Of a DNA stretch of 64,000 nucleotides, positions 1 to 11,768 are shown one piece after another (the stretch's first letter is position 1; every line of letters begins with the position of its first letter). The notes below the pieces were generated by a model. It was not told where the DNA came from. It ran no database searches and saw only the letters and a list, made by a program, of their open reading frames with translations. The stretch lies in assembly GCA_001662655.1 (NCBI GenBank), contig KV460208.1; one strand, written 5' to 3'. The position numbers and the translations under genes are program-made. Origin of the DNA: Pseudogymnoascus verrucosus. Its lineage: Eukaryota.

Positions 1-288
1 CTGGAAGGCAATGGTATTTGACAATATAAATATTATCGCGTTGATATAAAGTTGTGATGTGGTTCTGGTTCAGTCGTGGCTGGCGAAAAGGTGGACGCTG
101 TTGACAACTCGCACGTGACCTGTCCACCCCACCACCGCCGCAATCTATACGGTGCCCGCAGTTACCCCAGCCCAAGCCGCAACGTCACAGAAGCGATCGA
201 AGCTCACTCTCTCACCCACTTCAGCCTACACCTCTTCTATTTCTGTGGCTGGCGCATCCAACATCTTGAGCTTCCACAAATCGCAATC

Positions 289-1643
289 ATGGCGGAGGCC
301 CCTATTGGTACTTCTACTCTCCTCTGTACTGCTGCCAATCCCTCTTCTAACACTTTCCGTAGTCCTCGATGGCGGAACCGGCTTCCTCAAGGTTGGCTAC
401 GCGGCCCAGGTAAGCTCTCTCTCCCTTCAGCACCACCACGAGTACAGCCCTGACAATGCATCTTAGAACTTCCCCGAATTCCAATACCCTTCTATCGTGG
501 GACGACCGATCCTGCGTTCCGAAGAAAAGGGCGACCCCACCTCCGTAATTAAGGATATCATGTGCGGTGACGAAGCAGCGGCAGCGAGGACCATGTTACA
601 GGTTTCATACCCAATGGAGAACGGCATTGTCAAGAAGTGGGATGATATGCAGCACCTATGGGATTATACTTTTTACGAGAAGATGAAGGTGGACACGACA
701 GGGCGAAAGATCCTCCTGACAGAGCCACCTATGAACCCCCTCAAGAACAGAGAGCAGATGTGCGAAGTTATGTTTGAGCGATACCAGTTCGGCGGCGTAT
801 ATGTTGCCATCCAGGCAGTTCTTGCTCTCTACGCACAAGGTTCGTCAAGCCCCGTTCCATTTCATTTCCCCATTCCCGCTGCCTAGCCCCTCTACTCACA
901 CTCCTTCCCCAGGTCTCTCATCCGGTGTCGTTGTCGACTCTGGTGATGGTGTAACCCACATTGTCCCCGTCTACGAATCCACCGTCCTAAACCACCTCAC
1001 GCGCCGCCTCGACGTCGCCGGCCGCGACGTAACCCGCAACCTGATCTCCCTGCTCACCCGCCGCGGATACGCCCTCAACCGTACTGCCGACTTCGAGACA
1101 GCACGCCAGATCAAAGAGAAGCTCTGCTACGTCTCCTACGACCTGGAGCTAGACAAGAAGCTCTCCGAGGAAACCACCGTTCTGGTCGAGAGCTACACCC
1201 TCCCCGATGGCCGCGTCATCCGCGTCGGCAGCGAGCGCTTCGAGGCCGCAGAGTGCCTCTTCCAGCCCCATCTCGTCGATGTCGAGCAGCCCGGTATTGC
1301 CGAGTTCCTCTTCAACACCATCCAGGCCGCCGACGTCGACGTGCGCTCCTCCCTCTTCAAGGCCATCGTGCTCTCGGGAGGTAGCAGCATGTACCCCGGT
1401 CTACCATCGCGTCTCGAGAAGGAGCTCAAGCAGCTGTGGCTCACGCGCGTCCTGGGCGGGAACCCAGAGCGCCTCGGCAAGTTCAAGGTGCGCATTGAGG
1501 ACCCCCCGAGGAGGAGACACATGGTGTTCCTGGGAGGTGCGGTTCTGGCGAATATCATGGCGGATAAGGAGGCGATGTGGATTAGCAAGCAGGAGTGGGA
1601 GGAGCAGGGGACGCGGGCGCTGGAGAAGCTCGGACCGAGATAG
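289..1643 (+). CDS. ARP2: Actin-related protein 2 (Arp2/3 complex), multi-exon
   Basis: ATG at 289 (MAEAPI), intron 308-362, then [53 protein letters not shown] and [20 protein letters not shown], all diagnostic Arp2 motifs. Three GT-AG introns; TAG at 1641-1643. Confidence 0.96.
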
Positions 1644-1952
1644 GGAGGGGGATAGATGATAGAGTTGGGGGGTAAGCGGTTCATAGCGACAAAATTATAT
1701 ATCTTTCTCATGATGACGAATGGTATGTCTGCAGAGATACGTGGGAAATGATAGGAGTCAAAGTTGTATGCATGTGAATTCCATGGATTATCAAATACAT
1801 CAGTCGCTCAATGCTCCTAAACAACGCCCCTGATAGAACACGATCCAGAACACCATTCAAGCCAACCCCATTACACCCTGCTCGATTGATCTTCTCAAGC
1901 CATCTCAACACCCTACCCGTCCAACTCCTCAATCGCACGCTTAACACCAAAC

Positions 1953-3550
1953 TCAATCAACTCTCCTCACTCGTCCCCACACCTCATCGGCATCCCTCTT
2001 TCCCTTCGTCTCCGGCACAAAGCGACTCACAAACAGCACTCCCACCGCCGCCACAGCCGCAAACGCAAAGTACAACCATCCCGCACCGCCTAGCGCCCCA
2101 TTCACGCTATCATTCAAAATAGGGAAAAACTGCGCAACGAGGTACGTGCCGATCCAATTCGTCGCCAGCGCCCATGACTGTGCCGCGCCCTTAGCCTCTG
2201 TGCTAACCAGCTCCGAAGCCATCATGAAGGGGATGGGACCCAAGCCAGTAGCAAAGAAGGCAACGAAGAGGAGAATGGAGGCAGCGGATAGAGCGGGGAG
2301 GGAGAAGAGGATTGAGGCACCCAGAGCAGCGGAGCTGAAGCCTAGTCCGGTAATGGAGATGAGGAGGGAGGATTTGCGGCCAAGGATATCCGGGAGGGGC
2401 GCGGAGGCAGTGGTGGCGATGAGATTCACAACTGAGATGAGGATTGTGAGGAGGGTGGCGGAGGTAGGGAAGAGGTCGGTGAGGACGGAGACCGAGTACA
2501 TCATTACAGAGTTTATGCCGGTGAATTGTTGCACGCACATTATGCCCACGACGGCGATGATGGCGGGGCGGTAGATGGGGTTGAGAGCCACGGCTACAAT
2601 GCCGACGTGGGCACGGGGCGGGGACTTGGAAGAGGTGCTGATGGATGAGCGTCGAGACTGCGACTCAGGCTCTAGCAGGCCTGTAGTCGATTCGCTCAGC
2701 TGCGAATCGGAAGGTGGGAAGGTGCAATCCCAGGTTTGAATCTCTTCCGAGACATCTGCGTGTTGCCCGCGTAGACGCTTTAGTGTTGCGAGGGCGCGCG
2801 TAGGAGAGCGGTTCGCGGCGGTCCAGGCGGGAGATTCTGGGACGAGGAAGAGGCCGAAGAAGAGGATAAGGCCGATGAGACCTCCAGCAGCAAGGATGAA
2901 ACGCCATAGTATAGAATAACTAAGGTAGTAACCGAGGATCTGAGTAATGAGGATGCCCATGTTCGTCGCGATCTGTGTGAGGAACCCAAAGATCCCGCGG
3001 TCTGAGGGAGGAGCGACTTCTGAGATATAAATTGGGACGACGACGACGCTCGCTCCGGCGCCAATACCAAGTAGAAAGCGTCCTGTTGCGAATGCACTGA
3101 TGGATGCGCTCCACATTGTGATGGCGGAACCGACGACATAGAAGATCGAAGAGATACGCATTGCTGGGAGGCGACCGAAGCTGGTCGAAACAGGTCCTGC
3201 TAAGAGTGCCCCGAAGAGGCCGCCAATTGTGAAGATCGAGGAAACGAAGGCGAACTGCGCCTTGTCCATTGGAATGCATGGTATGAGGGTTGCGCCTTTG
3301 GGCATCCCTTTAGTCCCTTTCTTACAGGTTATGTAGTCTTCTGGAGCATTAAGCTCGGCCTGGAGAAAATCTAAGTTAGTAATTTGCAGTATTGTGAGGG
3401 GTATGGAGAGGCATGGGGACGCGCGGAGAAGCATACGAGATGGAAGCCAAAGAGCAGGGGCCCAAGGGTTATGATGGCCATCATGAAGACAAGATAGGGA
3501 GTGAGATTCCGGACACATTGTCGCATGCCTGATGAGCCTGATGAGGCCAT
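1953..3550 (-). CDS. MFS sugar-porter family transporter (vacuolar Vps73/YBR241C-like)
   Basis: Exon 1 MASSGSSGMRQCVRNLTPYLVFMMAIITLGPLLFGFHL splices to AELNAP. Sugar-porter motifs GR, PIYISEVAP, PESP, QQFTGIN and PETKG; about 12 hydrophobic segments. Confidence 0.88.
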
Positions 3551-4398
3551 GGTGAACTGCGCGTGCTGTCTTCAAGCTAAGTGGTCTGGTTCAATTTTAT
3601 ATTTCAGGTAAGATCGTGGCTCTTCGAATGGATCCCAGCGCACAATAGCAAGTCGTCACATGTATAGTGTATGAATAGCTGTGCCTCTGTCACTGGGTAC
3701 AAGATTGAGGGCGTATTTCACTTTGTTGTTTGCTTCTTAGAGCTGTTTTACCTGTATATATCCCTTCCAGATGCTGGTGGAACAGTTGATAGCCAGCCTC
3801 ACCACACACAATCATCGCGCTGGCGTACCACGCGGGTAGCGGAATTGGATAAATTGACGTCGGGCGTGTCTGTATCAACTATTCCCCGCGATTTTGGCCA
3901 CCGGCCACCGGATAAACTCACACCCACTTCCGAACGCGTATCCGCATTAATTCACCCCCACCACCTTCCCCCCAACCACAACTCCACAGATTCGATATAA
4001 ATGACAACCAACCCATAAGCCACATTCACCACCACCGCCGACTGTCCATATTGGGCCCTTTACGTTGAACCCCCTGGAGATCTACCGTTTCTGCATAATC
4101 TCACCACATGGATTCAAACCCCCTCTATTGACGTAAATAAAGACATATATTATCAAACCAAAAGAGCGACGTGCACGCGCAGCTTTTGCCCTACGTTCCT
4201 TCTCATCACTCCGTCGCCGGACTACCCGGAGCTCGTTCCTTCGCACCCTCCCCCCCGGTGGAATATCTCCGAGGCCCGTCGGCGCCCGAGACACGCCTGC
4301 ATATCTCGCCTGAGCCTTCAAAGCAGCTCGTGTTGGGGAATCGCCCCCTCCCCCCCACGCCGCGCCGTTCCTTCTCGGGTGAAGCATGATAGACAGCA

Positions 4399-5992
4399 AT
4401 GAGCCTGGCCAACAATAACCCGCCCTCTTCGGCCAGCGGGCCATCATCCGCCGCTGCGGCAAAACAAAACCTAAAGAGGAGTGTGCAGCAGGCCTTTGAA
4501 GGTGACAAAACAGACTTCTTTGATTACTGAGATGCTCTTGTTGGACACGTATTTTCCCGTCACGTCGCGTTGCGCTTCTCAACTCCGCCAATAGCGGAGT
4601 ACTCTTGCGTTTATATAGAAGCAAAGTATTGCTTCTAGTCGTCGTTGCACCTGAAAAGATGTTTCCTCAAAGATTTGATGCGTACCGGAGCGACCCGTAT
4701 TTGGGTCTGCGAGGTCCTATGTTCTGTTCTTCGCTTGCGTGTTCTCTGCTAACACTTTCATAGAACCCGCGGACAGAAGCAGCGGCCATGTTGCATATCA
4801 GAGCAAGGTCCGAGTCGTTGACCGATACAAGGTCATCGGGTTCATTAGTAGTGGTACTTATGGCCGAGTTTACAAAGCGGCAGGCCGCCTTGGACAGACA
4901 GGGGAATTTGCGATAAAGAAGTTCAAGCCCGACAAGGAGGGTGAGCAGATTCATTACACTGGCATATCACAGTCAGCTGTACGAGAGATGGCGCTATGCT
5001 CAGAACTGAGCCATATTAATGTTATCAAACTCATTGAGATCATATTGGAGGATAAATGCATCTACATGGTCTTTGAGTATGCGGAGCACGATCTCTTGCA
5101 GATCATCCACCACCACACACAACCAACACGCCATCCAATACCATCCGCAACAGTTAAGAGTATCATGTTTCAGTTACTGAACGGCTGTCAGTACCTGCAC
5201 AGCAACTGGGTCCTTCACCGAGACTTAAAACCTGCAAACATCATGGTAACATCTGCTGGAGAGGTTCGAATTGGAGACTTGGGGCTGGCTCGACTTTTCA
5301 GCAAGCCTCTGCACTCATTATTCAGCGGAGATAAGGTCGTTGTCACAATTTGGTACAGAGCACCCGAGTTGCTTCTGGGGAGCCGGCATTATACCCCTGC
5401 TATAGACATGTGGGCGGTGGGCTGCATTTTTGCTGAGCTGTTATCTTTACGGCCCATCTTCAAAGGAGAAGAAGCCAAGATGGATTCAAAGAAGACAGTG
5501 CCATTTCAAAGGCACCAGATGCAGAAGATCGTCGACATTATGGGCCTACCAACGAAGGATAAGTGGCCGCTTTTGGTCTCGATGCCAGAATATGCCAACC
5601 TTTCTTCGCTCCATGCCCCGGTACAGCCGAATGGCAAGCCAGCAGGCTCCAAGCTCGAGAGCTGGTATTACTCAACCATTGGGCAGCATTCGGGAACTTC
5701 TCAGCCAGCCTCCTCCTCCCTAGGCGCCGAGGGGTATAAACTGCTAGCAGGCTTGCTGGAATACGATCCTGATAAGCGGCTTACGGCTCAACAAGCATTG
5801 GAGCACCCGTTCTTCAGCACAGGTGACAAGGTTTCCAGTAACTGTTTCGAGGGCATGAAGACAGAATATCCCCATCGCCGGGTGAGCCAGGATGACAATG
5901 ACATCCGCACTGGCAGTCTGCCAGGGACGAAACGGAGTGGCCTCCCTGACGACACACTGGCACGTCCTTCCAAACGAATGAAGGAGAATTAA
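4399..5992 (+). CDS. SSN3: Cyclin-dependent kinase CDK8/Ssn3 (Mediator kinase module)
   Basis: GFISSGTYGRVYKA, GISQSAVREMALCSEL, HRDLKPAN, DLGLAR, DKVVVTIWYRAPELLLG. Exon 1 4399-4501 (LKRSVQQAFE) splices in frame to the acceptor at 4763. Confidence 0.95.
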
Positions 5993-6294
5993 GCATCACG
6001 TGATTTATCTAAAGTCTGGAGTATGTGGTAGCAAGATACCTAAGGATTTGGGGAGCGATTGAGAGTTGCTTGTTGGCGTTGCATGATGTGGGTATCATTT
6101 TTGTACATGAGCTGCAACACGTATACCATGGGTGGGGATTAGTTGGCGTTACGGGATCAATCGCCATCCAACGGCATGGATGCGGAGGCGAAAGAGAGTA
6201 TTGAAGCTGTTGAATGTATATTTGCTACTATAGTCTTATCTAATGCCAATACTTGTATTGTAGACTACTCAGGATTATAGCACATCAATTAAAT

Positions 6295-8814
6295 TTAGTC
6301 AATAATCCCCTTCGGAAGGAGTACGATATAGTCGACGGGGGCGAGCTCTGGCCCGTTCGGTGTTCCCACAATCTTAATCGTGTCGCCCTTCTTAATTTTA
6401 ACGCCATCAAAGGTGATGCGTGTTGCGGAGTGGCCGTCGAGAAACTCTGATGGCCAGTGGCCAAGCTTGTCTTCGTTATCACCATCCCAGGCGCCGAGTA
6501 ATTTATCGTTGATGTAGACTTTCCAATTAGCCTTGCCTCGAATGATATCATAGTATCCTACAGCAAGGTCATATGTGCCAGAAGGAAAGTTGACCTTGGT
6601 CGTTGCTGTGCCTGGCGCATTCGACGTCGTGACGATACCCTTAAACCCAGAGGCAGTAAAGAAGGGGTTGACAGCGATAGGAGCGTAGCCCTTTAGAGTC
6701 ATGCTCTCGGCCTCAATACGCCAGGGGTGGTTCCCAACACGCTTGGACTTATCTGCGATGCCGGATTTGTTGTGATAAAAGTTGTTGATCGCATCTCGCC
6801 AGACAATTGAATGTCCAGCTTGGTAAACTAGGCGGAATAGAACCTCTTCATAACGTTGTTTATCTATTTTCCCTTTGAGTGACTTCCACATGGCAAGAAA
6901 GCTGTGGGCAGTCTCAGCTCCTTTATAGTGTTCATCGTAGAAGTGTTGAATGACAGTCTTGCCAGAGTGTAGACGGTGGGTATAAGGGACGTGGTGGAAC
7001 CACAGAAGAAGATCATCAGGAGTCGTCTCGATTCTCTCGTATCTTCTTGCAACTTCAGTGGGGTATTGGCCAGCAAAACCGGTGCCATTCCAAACAGTAC
7101 GATCCATGCCAATAGAGTCCGCATCTGCACGTGTCCACTGGCCCCAGGGGTTGTCATCCTGCGATGGAGGATTGGGGCCGTAGTGGGCATAAAGAATATC
7201 AGTTAAGGTTTGGATACCAAGGTTGCCGGTATATTGCTCGTATGCAGGCCATGACTGCATAGACATCTTGTTTATGGTATTGATGACGCTTTTATCAAGG
7301 CCAAAGGTAAGGCGAGTCCAATCATCTAGAGTAGCTTTAACATCGACGGTTGGCTCCCAGGCCATACGGCCATATGCGTACAAGTTCGACATTGCCAGAT
7401 GACTACCAAGCCAGGTTGAGTTTACTCCCACGTTGGAAACAGCAACGTATCCGCCCAGGTTCCGCTTGAAGCGCTCCCCAGAAAGGACATCTCGAACGAG
7501 GGTCTTCTTGTTGTCTACGCGGAGATCGAAATCAAGGATGGTGTTCCATAGCGGAGGAAGGTAGACAAGATGGCACTGTTGTCCAAGGTACTCTTGGGTA
7601 ACCTGAAGCTCGATAGCCACGTTCGTCTTAGGAATGTTGGCAAACAATGGAGATGCGGGTTCTCGGACTTGGAAGTCAATTGGCCCGTATTTGATTTGAA
7701 CGACAACATTATCATCGAATTGGCCATCGAACTGCTTAAAGTGATCGACTGCTGCATTCGCGCGGTCGGCTTTCCAATCGCTCTCTTTGAGATTAACGGA
7801 ATCGTACACGAAAGCACGGAACATCACAATGCCTCCGTGGGGTTTGGCAGCTTTGGCAAACATATTGGCTCCATCAAGCAGCGTGCGGTTGTAGGTGAGT
7901 GGACCGGGCTGGCCTTCTGAGTTGGCCTTAACAAGATAACCAGCCATATCTGGCACATATTTGTAGACTTTGTTGGTGGTAGTTCTCCACCACTCAACGA
8001 CGGAGGGATCCAGTGGATCAAATGTATTAAGTCCTCCTATGAGTTGTGGGGATGCAAAGTTGAGAGATAGTCCAACTTTGACGCCATACGGCCGGAAATG
8101 ACTCGCAATTCTAGCCACGCCTTCCAAGTATTTGTCTGTCAAAAAGGCTGGGTCCGCGTTAACGTTGTTGATGACAACTCCATTGATACGGATAGAGGCT
8201 AGGAGACGAGCGTAGTCGGTGACACGGCTCAAGTCTTGGTAGATAACGTTGTCTTTGTAGAATATAGAGTCACCTCCATAACCACGCTCAACGCTACCAT
8301 GAGTACCCGTGCCGTTCAGATTGTCCCAATGGTTTACCCAGCGGATAGGGGCGTCTGGGCTCGTAGCATACGTAGCCGGAGAGAGATCCCCCTGTGCAAG
8401 ACGGGATAGATATTCGAACGCGCCATACAGAGCACCACGCTCATTTTGTCCGAGAATTGTAACGGTGTTGCCATGAGTGCTCAGCCAGAACCCATCTTCT
8501 TTAAGCTTTGGGGCATTGAGGGGCTTGTTGCTTGTCTTGGAATATTCAGCGACGGTGCCAACAATTATAGCTGACGAGGTTGGTCTGCCGTCATGGCTGA
8601 TTTTGAGATTTTGAGAAAGGATGCCCTTGAAACCCTTCTGCAACTCTAAGCCTGCTGTATACACTGGGCTGTCCTTGGAGGAGTTGAGAGCAACAATGCT
8701 GGTTGGAAACGACACATGCTTGTGGCCAAGATCCAATGGTGCATAACGAAGCCAGCCATCTAAGCCGTCCTCCGCGGCAACCAATGTGACCAAGAGAAAA
8801 TGCAGGAGACGCAT
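6295..8814 (-). CDS. aguA: Secreted GH67 alpha-glucuronidase, intronless
   Basis: Signal-peptide-like MRLLHFLLVTLVAA, then EDGLDGWLRY, RWVNHWDN, SVERGYGG, VKANSEGQPGP, QIKYGPIDFQVREP and ELQVTQEYLGQQCHLVYL. Confidence 0.95.
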   Translation of the reverse strand: MRLLHFLLVTLVAAEDGLDGWLRYAPLDLGHKHVSFPTSIVALNSSKDSPVYTAGLELQKGFKGILSQNLKISHDGRPTSSAIIVGTVAEYSKTSNKPLNAPKLKEDGFWLSTHGNTVTILGQNERGALYGAFEYLSRLAQGDLSPATYATSPDAPIRWVNHWDNLNGTGTHGSVERGYGGDSIFYKDNVIYQDLSRVTDYARLLASIRINGVVINNVNADPAFLTDKYLEGVARIASHFRPYGVKVGLSLNFASPQLIGGLNTFDPLDPSVVEWWRTTTNKVYKYVPDMAGYLVKANSEGQPGPLTYNRTLLDGANMFAKAAKPHGGIVMFRAFVYDSVNLKESDWKADRANAAVDHFKQFDGQFDDNVVVQIKYGPIDFQVREPASPLFANIPKTNVAIELQVTQEYLGQQCHLVYLPPLWNTILDFDLRVDNKKTLVRDVLSGERFKRNLGGYVAVSNVGVNSTWLGSHLAMSNLYAYGRMAWEPTVDVKATLDDWTRLTFGLDKSVINTINKMSMQSWPAYEQYTGNLGIQTLTDILYAHYGPNPPSQDDNPWGQWTRADADSIGMDRTVWNGTGFAGQYPTEVARRYERIETTPDDLLLWFHHVPYTHRLHSGKTVIQHFYDEHYKGAETAHSFLAMWKSLKGKIDKQRYEEVLFRLVYQAGHSIVWRDAINNFYHNKSGIADKSKRVGNHPWRIEAESMTLKGYAPIAVNPFFTASGFKGIVTTSNAPGTATTKVNFPSGTYDLAVGYYDIIRGKANWKVYINDKLLGAWDGDNEDKLGHWPSEFLDGHSATRITFDGVKIKKGDTIKIVGTPNGPELAPVDYIVLLPKGIID

Positions 8815-8925
8815 TGTGAGTAATGAGTTGGCGAATGAGGAAGGAACAACGCTATCGAATAAACATGGAATGCCCACTTCTTATATACTGGTGCTTATAA
8901 GCACCATAGCCATATTTGAGAAGCA

Positions 8926-9196
8926 TCTAGCCGAATAAATTCATAAAATTGGAGATGATGTTATCCCTTTCAGGCTGAAATAAATTAAATGTCCATTGCG
9001 GCATGGGGTTCCATGGCGAGATGCGGGGATTCGCAAGGTAGTTATGATCTACATACCCAATTGCCTATAAAAATTCATTTAGCAGACTTGGTAGAAAGTA
9101 GGATACGGATAATTTACCGGACAATCCCTTCAATCCCCATCTGACAGCAGTACAACGTGCGGGTTAGCGGCACAAACCGGGGTATCGTATGCGGGG
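8926..9196. promoter_or_regulatory. Candidate XlnR (GGCTAG/GGCTGA) and CreA (SYGGRG) sites upstream of aguA
   Basis: CTAGCC near 8927, GGCTGA near 8973, GCGGGG near 9023 and 9191. These are short motifs and may occur by chance. Confidence 0.35.
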
Positions 9197-9847
9197 TAAC
9201 CCCCAACTTGGGAAAAGTGAAGCTTGGAATTGTATGTCATGATTTCTTTTATCCGGGTTAGCACAACGATGATTACACAACAATTCGCTGTAAGGTACAC
9301 TTTGTAATTAGTTTCAATTAATTCAATCTAGATTACTTTTATACCCTTACTTATCAGGACTGTCTTAATGAGTGCGCCTCCAGTTAGAATGTCGAAAAGT
9401 TAGACGACCAAGTAAATCACCTTGGGATGTTTTACAGCCTTTAAAGAAGTGCCGCTTAGAACTAACCTTAAAACAGGTGTTCCATGATATGATGCTTATC
9501 GAAAGTCGGCAAATTTCCGACTGCCAAGTGGGCTAGCTTCCCAACACATCTGCTTATGAATCTTTGGCCTTATGTTTTATTTTTTGTAGGAGTATAAAAT
9601 GCCGTGTTAGGCAGCTCAGATGGCGGCTGTCATATATCTCGGATGCTGGATATCATAGCTCGAATTGGGCGGTTATAGGAACATATATGATACGTCGAAG
9701 TTAGGCAACGTATTACCAAGCCATTTTATCTGGTTTACCTTTAAATCCATTACTAAATATCATTTACCGCAAGTAAAACACTACCATAACAGGATGAATT
9801 AAAACAATCTCAACCACGAACTCGCCATCGGGTCTTCCACCTTCCAT

Positions 9848-11085
9848 TCACAGCCGCGCCTCCTCCCCCGCCTCCACCCCGCCCTTCTCCCCCTCCTTCT
9901 CCCCCACAAAATCCCCCAAAAACCTCCACCTCCCCTCCACACCCCACCCACTCTCCAACCACCCATTCGCCGTCTGAGGCCAGCACTCCACCACCCCCCT
10001 CAAACTCGCATCATGCGCCATAACCACCAACACCTCCTCCCCCGCATCCACCTCCCTCGCGCTCTCCAGCGTGTGCTCTGCGTCGTTGACATCAACACAT
10101 ACTAGACTCTTCCCCTTCGAGTCCAGGGCAAGGGTGTAGAATGGTGCGGTTGCGGAACTGGAAGGGTGGAGGGAGAGGAAGAGAGAGCTGGGGCAGGAGG
10201 TTGTGTATGCGGTCTTTGTGGGGGAGAGGGGGGAGGGAGAAAGAGTGGCGGGGAGGGGGAAGTAAGGGCTTGGGCGCAGTTCACCCATGTGTCGGCATGT
10301 GTCGCCGCCCATGAAGATGAAGGTTTGCGGGGTGGAAGTGGTTCGAGCAAGGGCGCACATGTGCCCGATTGCGTGCTGTGGGTGTTAATTTCACTTTCTT
10401 GGGAAGGAGTTGGAGATGGGAGGACTCACGCCAGGGGCATCGAGGAGGTAAAAACTCCCGTCGCCGAAGTAATCGAAGGCTGGGAAACGACCTATCTTAA
10501 GACCGGTTGGGGAGTGATCGAAGGTGATCTCGCGGGTTGGACGGCCCCTGGATTTTTTTAATAAGGTAGGGGGTAATGTTAAAGGGGCTGGACGTACTTG
10601 TAATCACTCTCTAGTAGCAGCGATTCCGGATTTGCAGGATACCCAGGCCACATTGTCGATGTCCCTGGCCCAACTACCAACTCCGTCGTCGATGGAAACT
10701 TCGACATATCCCCCGTATGATCCCAATGATGATGGCTCCAAATAACCGCATTAACATCTTTCAAATCCATCCCGCCCTCCTCCAGGATCTCAGGGACATC
10801 TTTCTCAATCGTAGGGTTTATGCCGAAAGCGCGAAGGCGCTGGACTAGTGCTGGTGCATTGCTGTCAAAATCTTTGCGTGCCCCGAGATCGAAGAGAATG
10901 GTCTGGTTAGAGGGGAAGTGGGTGATGAGGAAACAGTAGGCGTTTGCGGTGAGCTGGGTGATGCTGTTGATGATGGGGTGGAGGACGAGGCTGGCGGGGA
11001 AGGGGACGGTGATGGTGGTGTCGATTATGGAGACTGTGACTGTGGAGGGTGAGGGGGGGATGTTCAGGGCTGGAGGGGCTGACAT
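9848..11085 (-). CDS. Metallo-beta-lactamase-fold hydrolase (lactonase/lactamase-like), two introns, C-terminal ARL
   Basis: LFDLGARKD, SHHHWDHTGD (HxHxDH), FDYFGDGSFYLLDAPG spliced to HAIGHMCALART, MGGDTCRH and VMAHD. Confidence 0.9.
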
Positions 11086-11429
11086 GGTGATAGGCAGTGG
11101 GTTTGAATGTAATTTATGTGCTCGATGTGTTCGTTTGTCTGGATGCAGAATTGAGAATGTGATATCAGGGTATGATGCTGGATTTTATAGATCTTGAGAA
11201 ATAATAATAACTAACTTCAAGATGTACAAAGTATTTTGGATTAGTGATTAAAATATCCAGAAAATAAATCTTACGCTGGTTTCGGTGCAATATCTGACCG
11301 GACACATACTACGAATGCGGTACGATTTAATATCCAGGCCGCGAAATTTGTTGTGCCATTTGTGGCTGATGCTGAATGTGAGAAGTCGTCAATATAATAG
11401 GTGAAAACATTACGAGCGTGGAACTTCAG

Positions 11430-11621
11430 CCGAGGCACCCTCTTCATGCTGACCAACTTCATCAGTACAGCCTCGGTGTATATTTTATTTATTAGAAATA
11501 TTATTATATTTTTCTGCGCCATCATTCAGAGGATGCGTGTCACGGCGACGCCTCGTCGGCGTCCGGATGTGAAATCCGACGGAGTTAAGGCGCAACGGAG
11601 CACAACCATCACAACCCGAGG
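11430..11621. promoter_or_regulatory. Three CCTCGG/CCGAGG (FarA/FarB-type) sites upstream of the MBL hydrolase
   Basis: CCGAGG at 11430, CCTCGG at 11471 and CCGAGG at 11616. Confidence 0.5.
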
Positions 11622-11768
11622 CAACAGGAACAAAACCATAGTCATAAATAATTCCATTTTAACATATCGTTCTATCGATCTAAGTAAATGAATATTTTCC
11701 AATATTCCACTCTGGGTAATCCCATTGTCCTATATACCAAAACCTCAGTCATAAAAGTCATCCACCCC

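Noticed and set aside
6295..8814. Horizontal transfer of the intronless GH67 gene
   Set aside because: The protein looks like a typical fungal secreted AguA, and other native genes here are also intronless. A phylogeny would be needed.
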